Source: a virus
Reading direction: 5' to 3' (one strand)
Virus record (IMG/VR): IMGVR_UViG_3300021964_007043
DNA: 64,000 bases
The translations under genes and the position numbers were made by a program. Positions within the stretch are counted from its first letter, which is position 1. Each line of letters begins with the position of its first letter. The notes under the pieces are model-generated. The model had not been told where the DNA came from and searched no databases. It was given only the letters and a program-made list of their open reading frames with translations. Shown piece by piece: positions 1-15,400 of the stretch.

Positions 1-483
1 ATTTTTAAAATAGTAAAAAATCCGGATTTAGTAACTAATAATAACGAACTTAAAGCAGACATTATTAGTGCGATTGATAGATTCTTTGCACTTGAAAACT
101 GGGACTTTGGAGAAACTTTCTACTTCCAAGAACTTAGTACATATGTTTTATCACAACTAAGTCCAAAACTTGTTAGTTTCTTAATGATACCGAAACAAGA
201 AACACAAAGTTTTGGTAGTTTATTCCAGATTAAATCAGAACAAGATGAAATACTTATAAGTGGAGCTACTGTAGACGATGTTGAAATTATTGACGAGATA
301 ACAGCAGCATCATTACAAGCAAGCGGCGCAGTTATACAAAGTTCTGATAATACAAACTATACAGCAATACAAAGTAGTTCTAGTTCTAGAACTACGTATT
401 CATCAAACACAACTTCTAGTTCATCTAGTTCTAGTTCATCTAGTTCTAGTTCATCTTCAACAGGCGGAGGCTATAGTTACTAA
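1..483 (+). CDS. C-terminal part of T4 gp6-like baseplate wedge protein (5'-truncated by window edge)
   Basis: Frame 1 is open from base 1 (IFKIVKNPDL...RFFALENWDFGETFYFQELSTYV...), so the 99-aa ORF at 184 is only its tail. The WDFGETFYF-type motif and the position before the giant wedge gene fit a gp6-like C-terminus. Ends in poly-Ser then GGGYSY. Confidence 0.65.
   Translation: MFKIVKNPDLVTNNNELKADIISAIDRFFALENWDFGETFYFQELSTYVLSQLSPKLVSFLMIPKQETQSFGSLFQIKSEQDEILISGATVDDVEIIDEITAASLQASGAVIQSSDNTNYTAIQSSSSSRTTYSSNTTSSSSSSSSSSSSSSSTGGGYSY
415..456 (+). repeat. 15-bp tandem repeat TCTAGTTCATCTAGT (about 2.8 copies) encoding poly-Ser
   Basis: Units at 415-429 and 430-444, partial unit at 445-456, read directly from the sequence. 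Confidence 0.9.
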
Positions 484-3400
484 TGGCTTTTAATGACGAT
501 AACGAAACAAATCAGTCTAACTCAAAAATAACAAGTTCAGACTTTTTGCCAAAGTTTTTTAGAACTAATGCTAATAAAAAGTTTTTACAAGCAACATTAG
601 ACCAACTTATACAACCTGGCGAAGCTGAAAAAATAGAAGGTTATTTTGGCAGAACCAATGCTAAAGCATTTAAGGCTACAGATAACTATATTGAAGATTT
701 TTCAGACGAAAGAAAAAACTATCAGCTGGAACCTGCGTTAGTTTCGAAAGACGAGTTTGATAATGTTACTTTTTATAAAGATTATAATGATTACGTAAAT
801 CAACTTAAAGTGTTTGGCGCAGACACTAGAAACCACAGCATTCTTAATAGTCAAGAAACTTATCCTTGGAATCCTAATATTGATTGGGATAAGTTTGTAA
901 ACTTTAGAGAATATTATTGGTTGCCAAATGGTCCTCAAACTGTTAATGTTAGAGGACAAGCAAAAGAAGTTGTTAGTACATATACCGTAACTACAGTTGA
1001 TGACGACGATAACACATCATATGTTTTTAATGATGGTTTAACAAGGAACCCTACACTTACTCTTTACAGAGGTCAAACGTACCGATTTGAAGTAGATGTT
1101 CCAGGAAACCCTATTGCTTTTGCAATCAGTAGGACTTTTACTCCTGGTGCAGCAATACTTGTTGCTGGCACAGAAGGTATAAGAGCAAATGGTCTATATG
1201 ACGGAACTCTTTACGACGAAGAAGATGCAAACTATGATTTAGGCGAGTTTATTGTTTTACCAAGTGGCGGCAGTGTTACCTTTGAAGAAGATGAAAACGT
1301 AAGCACAATTTATCCAGACGGTATTAGAAAGTTTGGAGAAGAAGGTGAAGAAGTAGCAACAGTATACCTAGAAAAAGGAACAATAGAGCTTACTATTCCG
1401 GAAAATGCTCCAGAAAGATTGTTTTATGTTAGTAAAAATAATATTGATACTAGTGGATATGTAAAAATAGCCGACATTGAAGAAAACACTTTCTTGAATG
1501 TTACAAGTGATATTTTAGGTAAAAAAACATATACTAGTGCCAATGGTATAGAGTTTACTAACGGACTTAAAATAAGATTTCAAGGCGATGTAACTCCAGA
1601 TATATATGAAACTGATAACTGGTATGTAGAAGGTGTCGGATCGAATATTAAACTAATCAATGAAAAAGACTTGATTATTCCAGCAGCATATGCTGAAGAC
1701 AACTTTGTTCCTTTTGATAGAGAAAGTTTTGATACATTACCTTTTAGTAGAGCAAATAGTTATACTGGAACAAAAGATTATCTAGTTATTAACCGTGCAA
1801 GTCAAGATAGAAATGCGTGGAGTAGATATAATAAATGGTTCCACAAAGATGTTATATTAAAAAGTGTAGAATATAACGGAACAGAGAATACAACAGACGA
1901 AAGTTTTAGAGCAAAACGTCCTATTATTGAGTTTGAAGCAGGACTTAAACTTAACAACTATGGAGTCTATGCAAAACAAGATGTTGATTTAATCGATACT
2001 GTAACAACTGATGTGTTTTCAAATATTGAAGGCCAGGTTGGATATAGAGTAGACGGTGTAAGTCTTGCTGATAATATGAGAGTTCTTTTTGTTGCTGATC
2101 CTGATATCTTAGTAAACGGAAAAATTTATATTGTTAAGTTTATAAGAATAGGCAACAAACGTCAAATCAATCTTATAGAAGCAACTGATGCAACACCACA
2201 ATCTTTAGAAACTGTATTAGTTACCAGTGGTAATAAAAACGCAGGTAAAAGTTATTTTTACAATGGATCATCTTGGCAACTTTGCCAAGAAAAAATTGAA
2301 ACTAACCAAGAACCTCTTTTTGATGTATTTGACATTGACAAAAATAGTTTTAGTGATACCCAGACGTATAACTCTTCTACTTTTGTAGGAACTAAACTGT
2401 TTTCTTACAAAAGAGGAACTGGTAGTAATGATACAGAACTAGGATTTCCTTTAAGTTATAGGAATATTAATAATAGTGGAGATATTGTATTTGACTTTAA
2501 TCTTATGTTGGATACATTTACATATGAACAGGATACAGATTTTTTTCAAAAATCTATAAATCCGGGATTTTTGAAAAAGTATAAAAATCTTACTGACTTT
2601 GAATGGGTAAATGGATTATCTAAAACTCCTCAAAAAAGTATCCAAAAAGTTATACGCCAATACGTAGTAGATGAATTTGAAAATCAATCATTTGAAATAG
2701 ATGTGTATAATAATGCGGCCACACTATCTGATCTTGTAGTTAATGTACTTGTTAATAATAAGCTAAGAAAAGATTATATTATTGATCGTACAAATAATAG
2801 TGCATATGTTGTTTTTAACGAAGAACTTTCCGATGGTGATAATGTTATTATAAAAACAAGAAGTTCAGCTAAAAAGAATATAAATGGGTATTATGATTTT
2901 CCAATAAACTTAGAAAGAAATCCGCAAAACGAAGATTTTACAGAGTTTACATTAGGCGAAGTTATTGATCATGTTGATACAATGATCGAAGATTTACGTA
3001 GTTTTGAAGGTGTATATCCTGGAACAAGTAATCTTAGAGATATCGGCGATATAGATGTATACGGAAAGAGATTTGTAAAACATGCAGGTCCTATTAACTT
3101 ATCTTCGTATCATGTAACTAATAAGAACTATAACTTAATTAAAGCTCTTAACTACAGTAGAAGAGAGTATGCTCGTTTTAAAAGAAACTTTATCGAAGTA
3201 TCTACTGGGTTAGGTATAGATACTAATACAAAGCAACATGTTGATTTAATACTTAAAGATCTTAACAAGGATAAGCTAAAAACTGAACCATTTTATTTTA
3301 GTGATACTCTTGCATATCAATCAGCAAACGTTATTGAATATACTATTTTAGATGTTAGAACTAGAAGCTATGCATTATCGCAAGAGTTTAATCTGTTAGA

Positions 3401-6400
3401 TCTTACGAATAAAAGTGTAAATGTTTACTTAAACGGCGAACAACTTATACACGGTGTTGATTATGATTTTAGTAATCCGGGGTTTGTTGATGTATTTGCA
3501 GATTTTTTACAAGAAGGCGATATATTAGAAATATATGAATATGACTCAACAGATGGCAGTTTTATACCTCCTACTCCTACAAAGTTAGGATTATATCCTA
3601 AGTATGCTCCTGCACTTACGTATGATGATACTTTTAGACCTGAAGCAGGCGAAAGACCTGAAGACAATATTGGTTATAAGATTTATGCCCAGTCAGAAGA
3701 AGGATATAATGCTGCTGGAAAAATTGGTTGGTTCTATCCTTTATATACAACTTTACAAGCAGCACAAGATAAAGATTTGTCATTAGGCGGCTCGGGATCT
3801 GCACACAAGCATATGTTTAAAGGCTCAAACATTATATTGTACATGCCTAATACAAATGCAGTTCATGCTGGAGTAGATACTAACGTTTATGATGCATATC
3901 CTGTAGGACAACCTATGGTGAAAGGGCACGACGGAAGTTATGTAAGATGCTTTTATGATTACAGAGACAATCTATTACTAGAACTAGAAAAAAGATTATT
4001 TAATAATATTAAAAATGATTATAATAAAGAAATCCTTAATGTACAGGATTTTATAGGCGGCGAGTTTAGAAATAGTGATTATACTAGAGAAGAAGTAAAC
4101 AGTGTATTGCTAAGAGACTTTGCAGATTGGCTAACAATAGTTAACAATGACTATTCAGATCATTATTTCTATTTGAGACAGGACGAGTTTACTTTTAACT
4201 ATTCTTCTATGAAGTCTTATAATGGAAATACAATGCCAGGATTTTGGAGAGGCATCTATCAACATATTTTTGATACAGATCGTCCTCATACACATCCTTG
4301 GGAAATGTTAGGATTTACAATTAAGCCAACATGGTGGAATGATGTTTATGGACCTGCTCCATATACAGCAGATAACTTAATACTTTGGGAAGATTTACAA
4401 GAAGGCAAAATAGCAGAACCTGGAAATATTAGATATGATAACAAATATACTAGAAAAGATTTGTTACTTCATATTCCAGTAAACTCAGACGGTAGTTTAA
4501 AAACTCCTCTAGAAGCAAATATTCCTGATAACTTTGTTTTAAGACCTACAACTAATAACTTTAGTTTTGGAGATTGGGCACCTGTAGAAAATGCATGGCG
4601 TAGAAGTTCTGAATATCCGTTTGCTGTACTTACTGCAATGGTACTTAATAAACCTGCTGAAACAATAGGCTTAGGTTTTGACATTAGCAGAATACAGCGT
4701 AACTTTGTAGGTCAATACATTTATAATCCTACCAGTAAAACAATTAAACTAGATGATATATTACTACCTAATACAGTACAATCTTCACAACGTGTTATGA
4801 CAGCTGGTCTTGCAAACTATATTTCAAATCTTATATCGAGTAATATCTTGAAAGTGTACGAAGACTACCAAACTGAACTGAAGTCTATAACAAACCAGTT
4901 AGGTCTAAAAATCGGCGGCTTTACTGATAAAAATAAGGTTAAGATTATTCTTGATAGCAGAAGTATTGTAGAAGATCAGAGTCAAAATGGCGTTTTTGTA
5001 CCTGAAGAAAACTACGATGTATTTTTAAACACTAGTTCTCCAACAGACTTGATTACTTACAGTGGATTGATTATAGAAAAAGTTTCAAACGGATTTAACA
5101 TTAGAGGATATAGTAAAGACAATCCTTATTTTGATTATTACTTGCCACTTACAGGAACTAGATCGGTTGATATTACTGTCGGCGGCATCGGCGAAGCTAC
5201 CACGGATTGGGCAAGTAGAAAGATTTTTGCTAAAGGCGAAGTAGCTGAAAACGGAGGAAAGTATTATAGAGTTACTGCTGATTTTACTTCTGGCGCAACA
5301 TTTGATACAGAAAATCTAGCATTATTACCTAAGTTACCTGTTGTAGGCGGAAAAACTGCAAACTTTAAGCGTAACTTTAGTAAACAAAGTATTGAAAGAA
5401 TACCTTACGGTCATAGATTTACAACTAGCCAACAAGTAGTTGATTTTATACTTGGATATGGAGAGCGTTTAAAAGACATTGGTTTTGATTTTAGCTACAC
5501 TATAAACGGACGTCAAATAGATGACTGGAATGACAGTGCTAAAGAGTTTTTATTCTGGACAACACAAGGATGGGCAAGTGGAACATTATTAACTATAAGT
5601 CCTGCTGCTAACCAACTTTATTTTGACAGAGACTATCATGTTGTTGACAGCCTAAGCGACCCATTTTACGGATATACTATATTTGATGAAAACGGCCAAC
5701 CATTAGATTTGAGATTTAATAGTATACTTAGAGATCAAAATAGTTTTGGTATCGAGGTAGTCAATACCGATCACGGATTATATCATGTTGCACTTCCTAT
5801 TGTTCAGAAAGAACATGTTGTATTATTTGATAACAAAACAGTGTTTAACGACATTATATACCAGCCGTCTACAGGCTATAGACAAGAACGTCTAAAAATA
5901 AATGCTTATAGAACTGACAACTGGCAAGGTGGGTTTAATGTTCCAGGATTTATTTTTGATGACGGACAGTACACTTCGTGGTCAGAATATAAAGATTATA
6001 AAATAGGCGACATGGTAAAATATCGCCAGTATTATTATATTGCTACACAAAATATACCTGGTACAAATATTTTTAATGACTCACAATGGTATAGATTAAA
6101 TGAAGAACCAGAAAAGAAACTATTAACAAACTTTGACTACCGAATCAATCAGTTTATGGACTTTTATGATTTAGACAATGCAGGGTTTGACGAAAGTCAA
6201 CAAGAGCTTGCACAGCACTTAGTCGGTTACCAAAAAAGACAGTACCTAGCAAATATTATAAACGATGATGTAAGTCAGTTTAAGTTCTATAATGGGTTCA
6301 TTCAAGATAAAGGTACAATGAATGCTGTAGTAAAACTATTTGACAGTTTATCTGATAACGAAGAAGATAAAGTAAAGCTATACGAAGAATGGGCAGTACA

Positions 6401-9400
6401 GCTTGGTAGATATGGTTCTATCGATAACGAAAAACAAATTGAGTACAAACTTACAGATGATAAGTTAGAAGAAGCCCCTCAAATATTTGAGATTGTAAAC
6501 TCTGATCCTAAAGTTATCGATAAGATTTATAGATTATTACCAGCAGATGTTAACGATAAGCCTGAAGGCTATATTCATGAGTCTGCAATGCCTGTTAAGG
6601 CTGTAAGAGAATATTTGAAAACAGGTGGCTATGTAAACCAGGATCATGTAACCTATATTGCTTATGACAAAGAAGAACTAGCAAATACTGATGTAAACTT
6701 AGTTAAGCTAGGAGATTATATCTGGTTAATAGAAACCGGCGCAGATGATTGGACTGTTTACCAAATAATAGATACAAAGATAAAAGCAATAGACCTAGAA
6801 CCTAACACTGGTGATTTTACAGAAGATAACGATCCGCTTATAGAAATAACACTAGATAAGTGGACAAAAAATAATATACAAGTAGGCGAAATATTTGGAG
6901 TATTAGGTGCTTCATCTTATGAGTTAGAAGGACTTTATGAAGTTCAAAAAGCAGAACTTAACAAAATAAAGTTTGTGTCTACAACTACTCCAACTAACTT
7001 TGAAAATCAAGAGTTAGCTTTAGTAAAACTTAGACCTGTAAGAGTTACAAAATCTTCTGAAATAAATGATGTTGTTAAAGAGTCATTATTAAACGATCAG
7101 CGTTTTTGGGTAGATGATTTTAATAATGGGTCGTGGGCAGTTGTTGAAAATAATCCGGTTTATAGCCAGCGTCAAGTAGTTGCTAATCCAAGTGATTGGG
7201 ATAGTACAGATCAAGAGTTTGGAAAAACTATGGCTGTTACCGCAAATAACAGAACTATGGTTATAGGTGCACCAGGTGACGAAAATGGTAAGATAACAGT
7301 ATATCAAAGACCTAGAGAAAATAGTAACTTTATTGTTAACCAGGAAATAACATTTACTGAAGAAGATAAGTTTGATGTTACTGATAGTAGATTTTCACAA
7401 TCTGTGGATATTTCACCCGACGGAGAATATATTGTTGTAGGTATACCTAATGCCTCTAATGTAAAGACAAAATATAAAGGAGAGTTTAATCCTACTTTGG
7501 GTTATGTTAAAGGAGATATTGTAAAATATAGAGAAAGTTTATGGCAAGCTCTCCGAGAAATACAACCGAAAACTGTTTCCCAAGATTTCTCAACTTTTGA
7601 TAACTATCAAAATATCATCCAAGATCCATCCGTCGATTCAACAAACTTAACATTACTTGTGTCCGGTGATCCGGGATTAGAAAATAACTATGTAGATCAC
7701 TTCTTAGTAAGAGCACCGCTTGATATGTACTTAGGTACAAAATCAAGAAACTTTGAAACAGACGAGTCGGGAGATTTTGTAAGCCTTATTTGGAATCAGC
7801 GCAGTTTTGCATATCCAACACTTGATAACTATCAACCGTTTAACGGAGCATTTCCAAATCTAAATGCTTCTTGGTTAACAAATACATTGCATGAGATTAT
7901 TCATAAAGTAGATGCTGTATTGCAAATACCGACATTTATTGCCCTTCCTGATGTCGGAGATTTTGTAACATCAAACACAGGTAGAGCAGAAGTTGTCTAT
8001 GTTTCTACAGCAGAAGACAGTGCAGTGATATATGTTAAAGAAATAAATGGTATATTTGAAATAACAGGAGAGCTTTTTGTTAACGAAACAGAGTTTATAG
8101 GACTTTATTCATTAGAAGAAACCTTTACTACTAGCGATTTGCTAGGCGGATATTGGGTATTCAAAACTTATAATTCAGATGCAGCACCTGTATCGGGTTG
8201 GGAAAGCGAAATAGTAGATGTTGACGGATTTACGTATAGAAACTTATCAAGTTTTTATGATGTTGGCCAGGGGTTGACAGTTTCAGATGTTATTATTGCT
8301 GCTGAAGAAGGAAGAGCAGTTAGAAGATACTATAATGTTCAAGACGATGTAGGAGAAATAGGTGAATATGTTAACTTAAAAAACAGAGTAAGTTTTATGA
8401 CACAACTGTCCTACACCGGTGATCCAACAGATGCAGACGGCCAAGATGGAACAGAACTAGTCCGTATTACAAATAAATGGGTAGTAAGAGTTGGAAAGCA
8501 ATTTTCAAATGATTTAAGTCCTGGAGATAGTTTTAATCTACAAATATATGATGTCGATGTAGACATTAATTATGATGGAACACTATTATCAGACTCGATA
8601 GTAAACACTGAACAAACTATCTCAGAAATTTGGGATGGATATATCGATTGTGAACTATCTAGGTTTGACGCTTCTGGATTCCCCTTCCAGCCACAAGGAA
8701 GATATTATCATGACGGAACCATTTTACAAACTAGAGATCGAGGCGATGTGATTATTGATGTACAAACAGCAAGTGACGGGTCTGGAGGACTTGCTGTTAG
8801 TGCATTGGCTCCTAATAGTGCTGCCGAAGTAATGTATGTGCAGCGTGATTTTAATAAACTAAGATTATACGTTCGATTACTTGATGAATACACAGAAGCA
8901 GATGGAACTGTTGTATCAGTAAGCGGAACTTTTGAAGAACTTAATAATATTGGAAGGTATGAACTAAAACGGTTAGCCAATGATGATATTAGAGGCAGCG
9001 GCGATGTTGACAGAGTATTTGGAGAAGTCGAGTCTTCTCAAAACGATATAGTTGTAGGAACAAGTGTTGTAGGAAAGTTACTAGTGTTTGAAGCAGATTC
9101 TGATTTTGTAAACTCTAGTAATTCTTGGACAGATACTCCTATATTATCAGACATAGAATATTATTTCTTTAGAGAAGGAATAAATCCTGGTATACCTCTT
9201 GATGAAAATCCGCCTTATAGTTTAAATAAGGATTACCGACAGTTGTTCAATATGCCTGTAGATGAGTTTGGTACTTCAAATGGCTTTGCTAACGAAGGAG
9301 TAATAGCAATATACAGGCGTAAAAATGATTCCACTTATGCTTTACAAAAAACCCTTGCAAGTTTATATTTTAAAGAAGATAGACAGTTTGGGTCTAAAGT

Positions 9401-12400
9401 TAGAATCGTACAAAATAACAAGTATTATACCTTATTAGTATCTGCAAGTGGATCAGGTACTAAAGAAAATGCAGGACAAATAGAAATATTTAGACACGGT
9501 ATTAGACCGACAGACGCCTTTAGCGGAGATTACCAAGTTAGAGATTATGAAATAGACGAAATAGTTTATTATAAAGATGAATATTATGAAGCTATTAGAT
9601 CTGTGCCTAGCATAGTTATTCCTACAGATCCAGTTTATTGGAGAAATATAAGTTGGAGATATGGTAAAGACGTTAACTACAGAGGCGAATGGAATAATGC
9701 TTACAGCTATGCAGAAGACAATATTGTACTCAAAGACAATACTCTTTATAAAGCAACTACTAATATAAGTCAAGATGTTCCTTTTACCACTAGTGATTGG
9801 ACTGAAGTTGATAGTAGAATAGACTATGTAGGGTATTTGCCTAATCTAACTGGACAAACGTTATACGATGAAGACATCTATGATCCAGCAACTGATGTTT
9901 TACAGTTTACACAAACATTTGATATAAGCGACGATGCTGAAGTATTAGTTGTAAAATCAGAACTTGCTGCTAGTGATAGTACTACTAAAAAGCGCATAGT
10001 TGTTTACCGTGCTATAGACAATAAGTTTGCTGTTGACCAGATTATAGAATCTCCTAATAATGATACAGAATGGGGCGAAAACATCAGTCTTAATCCGCAA
10101 GGTGACAAGTTTGCAGTAAGTGCGTCTAAAAATGATGAAGCTGGTACAGACAAAGGAATAGTTTATATTTACAAACTACAAAACGGACAGTTTGTATTAG
10201 ATCAAATGCTAACTAGTCAGCAAAACGAAGTAGCAGAAGAGTTTGGACATGCACTAGACTTTGGTAGTGAAAACTTATTGATTAGCAGTCTTAATGGCGA
10301 TCAAAAAATTCCAACTACATTTGACAGCGAAACAACATTCTTTGATAGTAGATTTACTAAGTTTGAAAATATTAAACTAGATAAAGGTGTGATTTATATC
10401 TACGAAGATTTAAACAACGAACTTGTTTATTCTGAAAACATAATATATCCGAGTGTACAAGCAACATTTGGCGAAAACTTATACAATGTTAAAAACCATA
10501 TCTATGTTGGTATCCCTCTACAAAGTTCTGGAACATGGGACGCAGAAAATGATACACTTGACGGATATAGAGGACAAGTAGTAAACTTTAGAAAAGATGT
10601 TGGTTCAACAGCATGGGAAAGATTAGACACACAAGTACTTCCTGTTGATGTTGATAAGATTTCTGGAATAACTTTGTATAACAAGAGAACTAATACTTTT
10701 ATATCAAGACTAGACTATATCGATCCCTTACAAGGAAAAATAGCAGGCCCTGCAGAACAAGAAATAGATTACAAAGCTGGGTTTGATCCTGCAAACTATA
10801 ATACAGGACTAGCAAGCGATTTCTTAGTAGACCCTGCAAGATATTGGGGGAAAGAGCATGTCGGTGAAACATGGTGGGCAACTAACGGCGCAAGATTTAC
10901 ATATCCATACCGTGGCTCTATTAATGATCAAAAACGTGATTGGAATAAACTTATTAGAGGTTCTAGTATAGATATTTTTGAATGGGTAGAAAGCGATTAC
11001 GTACCACAAGTTTGGGACGAACTTGCAGATACTGACAATGGATTAAAACTCGGAATAAGTGGACAAAGTGTTTACGGAAATACTCGTTACAGCACACAGT
11101 TAACATATGATAAAATATCTCAAAACTTTAGAGCAAAATACTATTTCTGGGTGCAAAATAAACGTACAATACCTACAGATTATAAACCTAAGAGAAAACT
11201 AAACTGTGTAGATATTTCAAACTTAATAGAAAATCCTAGATTGCAGGGTTATAAGTATGCAAGTCTTATAGGCGCAAATAGATTTATTCTTAATAACTGT
11301 AATGATCTTATACAAGGTGACGATGTTATACTTCAAATAAGATATAAAGAAGATACTGAAAATGTTATCAATAGACATAACGAATATCAAATCTTAAGTG
11401 AAGGTTTAGAAACTAGCTTTATTCACCCTGACATAGAAAGAAAATGGTGGGACAGTCTTATTGGGTTTGACACCAACTTAAGGCCTGTTCCGGATTTAGG
11501 CATCCCTGCTAACAAGAGATATGGTATACAGAATAGACCTAGGCAGAGTATGTTTAAAAATCGTTTCGAAGCACTGAAACAAACAATCGAGCGTGTAAAC
11601 TTAGCAGTAGAATCTCAACTACTTATTGATAGTTACGATTTATCAAGGTTGCTAGAAAAAGAGGCACAACCTCTAGAAACAACAGGGCAATATGATACTA
11701 AGATTACAAACTATAGTGATATCCGATTTGTTAGTACAAATAAAGTACAACAAGCTGAGATTGACTTAGTTATTAGTAATGGGCGTATTGTAAGTGCAAA
11801 TATTATTAATGCCGGACGTGGTTACAAAGTTGCTCCGTCGTTTGATATAGAAGGACCAGGATCTGGTGTTATTATTGATTTTACAATCAATAATCTAGGA
11901 CAAATAACTGCGGTGAATATCTCAAATAGCGGCTCAGGATATCTTGATACTACTAGACTGATAGTAAGACCATTTAGTGTTCTTGTAGAAACAAATGAAA
12001 ACCTATATGGTAAGTGGACCATTTACAGTTGGAATGGTAGTTCTTGGTATGTTAGAAGTATACAAGATTATGATGTTTCTAACTATTGGGAATATCAAGA
12101 TTGGTATGCTGAAGGATTTAACCAGTTCTCAACTATCAACTATTCAGTAAAAGGAACATACTTATTACCTAGTCTAACTGATCAGTTAGGAGACATTGTA
12201 AAAGTTGAGTCTACTGGTTCAGGCGGCTGGATACTTTTACAAAAAGTTGCTTCTGGTTATACTGAGGATTATACTGAAAACTACAATGTTGTTGGTAGAG
12301 AAAAAGGAACTATATATTTTAAAGAATCTTTATACGACTATAGTGTAAATGCTGTAGGATTTGATAATAGATCTTTCGACAGTTTCTTTTACGATAATAA

Positions 12401-15400
12401 TCCAGTAAAAGAGTTGCGTATTATATTAGAAACACTTAGAGATGATATATTTGTTAATGATCTAGCAGCAGAATATAATAACTTATTCTTTGTTTCGGTA
12501 AGATATGCTCTTGCAGAGCAGCCTGGTTTAGATTGGATATTTAAAACTAGTTTCGTAAAAGCAAAATATAATGTTAGCGAACTTAGAAATGATTTAACGT
12601 TTAACAGCGATAATCTTAAGAGTTTTGAAGATTATTTGAAAGAAGTAAAACCTTATAAAACAAAAATAAGAGAATACGTTGACGTTTATGATAAAGTAGA
12701 TCCTACAAATACTAGTGTTACAGATTTTGATCTACCACCATTTTATAGTGTTTCAGACGGTACTATTGTACCAAATAGAAGTGTAGTAAAGAACAGCAAT
12801 ATTGATACTGTAAACACTACTGAGTTTGACGAATATCCGAGAAAACATTTTATTGAAAATGTAGGCTACACCGTTACCGAAATAAAAATAAAAGACGGAG
12901 GAAGCGGTTATACATTTACTCCTAAGATTAACATTATCGGAGAAAGCACAAGACAAGCTAAAGCAGTTGCATATATTGGTTACGGAAAGATTACAAATGT
13001 AAAAATAACAGACCCTGGTAGTGGATATATCACAAGTCCTATTGTTGAAATACAAGGAGCCCAAACAGATGACGGCACTCCTGCAAGACTTAGTGTAATA
13101 TTAGGCGATAGTCCGATAAGAACAGCACACCTGCGTATTAAGTTTGATAGACATTCTGGAACAGTGTTTATTGAAGAACTCCAAGAAGTTGAAACATTTA
13201 CTGGGAATAATGTGCAAGCACAGTTTGAACTAGAATGGCCAATGGATGTTGATCGTAAGAAAGTTTCAATCACAATAGATGGTAAAGAACTTTTAAACAG
13301 TGCATATACATACGAAAACGTAGAAAATACAGATAAGACTTATACAAGACAAAATGGTAAGATTACGTTTGCTACACCTCCTTTACAAGGAGAACAGATT
13401 GTAGTTAGTTATTATAAGCCTATTGATATGTTAGCAGCACAAGATAGAATACATCATTTTTACGAACCAATGACAGGAATGCTAGGCAAAGATTTTTCAC
13501 AGTTAATGAAAGGTATTGATTACGGTGGAGTAGAAGTTAAGTCAATTGATTTTGCAGGACCAAGTGGTTGGGATACAGCAGGATGGTATACTGACACTTG
13601 GGATACATTTGATAATACTTATGAAGATGAAGTATTTGTTGCAGATGGATCTACTATATTTGTAGAACTAAGTAAGCCATTGGAAAGTGGTATTATTTAT
13701 AATGTTTACAAAGGTGAATCAGGATCAGTTAATCTTGTAAGACTTGATGACCCTAACTTTGGAACTGAACAGCAAGTAAATGAAGATGCTATTATAGAAA
13801 GTATTACTGGTGACAGCACAACTACAGTTATTGATCTTGATACATTGGGTATTAGCTTTAATGACGGCGAAACACTTGTTGTAAGAAAAGTTTCAAGTGA
13901 TGGTTCGATTACACCTGATCCTACAAGCTATGACACACAAATAAGCGGTGGCGATTTACCATATGCAACGGCAAAAGGTGTAAATGCTGAAGAAATAGTT
14001 GTTGATGGCGACGGATTTATTAATCCTGTAACACATGCAGGCCCTGAAGAACTTATTCCTGGATTAGTTACAGATGCACTTGATATTAAAGTATACACTA
14101 GAGATCAAGACGGCAACGGAGTTATTCATAGTCAAAGTTATACAACTGATGGAATAAGAACTAAGTTTAGTTTAGGAACAATACCTTCTACAAAATATGC
14201 AGTATTTGTAAAAATAAATGATATCTTAGTTGTAGATACAGAGTATACAATAGATTGGACTAATAATATTTTAACACTTAACAGTGTTCCAGCAGCAAAT
14301 CAGGAACTTAATATTATTGCTCAGTCTTTGGGTACTAATAGCTTGCTAGATTATGGAAAACATATTACAGACGGGTCGACTTCTGAAATCATAACAACTG
14401 TTGATTGGGTTGACGGAGCAAGTGTAAGTGCATCAGTTGATGGCGAGCCTATAGATATTATTGTATTCAATAGCAAGGATGAAGGATACGATTTACCTAA
14501 TCCTAAAGTTGGAATTAGGTTTGAGGAAATCTTGTTAGAAGACAGGGTTGTACACTATGCAGTATTTTCTTCAAACGATATTACAAACTACAGTAGAGTT
14601 ATTGTTAGTAACTTTATCGGAGACGGATCAAGAACGGCGTTTACACTAGATGACGTTCCATTTACAGCAGTACCATTAGAACATAAAATAATTGTAAAAG
14701 TTGGAAACAAGATTTTAAATCCGGGATACAATATTAAGTTTACAATACCTGAAAATAATCAAAGAACTTATGCATTTGAATCATTCCAACAAGCAATAGG
14801 AACACTAGATGTTGAAGAATTAAAAGTATTCTTAAATGGCGAAGAAATATTTTCTCCTATAGATTGGAGATATGATGTTGCAAATGCTACTATTTTATTG
14901 ACAGATAATACCGGACAACCAGGAGATACATTGGAAATATTTGCTATTGCAGACGGTGAATATGCGTTTGGATATTTAAACGGTTCGGATGTGTGGATTG
15001 ATACTCCAGGAACCTTACATCTAGACACACCACCATTGTTAGGTGAAGAACTTGAAGTATATCAGTTCAGTAATCATGATTTCTTGGGCATTGAACGCAT
15101 AAATTATGATGTAGTTGATAGAGGTTCTAGATCTATTGCAAGCGAGGTTACAACTTACAGATTATTAAAATCTGGAACTATTAGACTACGCGAGCCTGCA
15201 GTTGATGCACAGTATGTTTGGGTAAGCAAAAATAACGAGCTGCTTACTCCGAGTGTGGATTATTATATAAACGATGATAAGACTGAAGTGAAACTAGTTC
15301 AAACTCCTGCTGATGATGATGTTATAGATATATTACACTTTACAGCACCAGTTGGTGCAGCTAAGTTTGCATATCGTCAGTTTAAAGATATGCTTAATAG

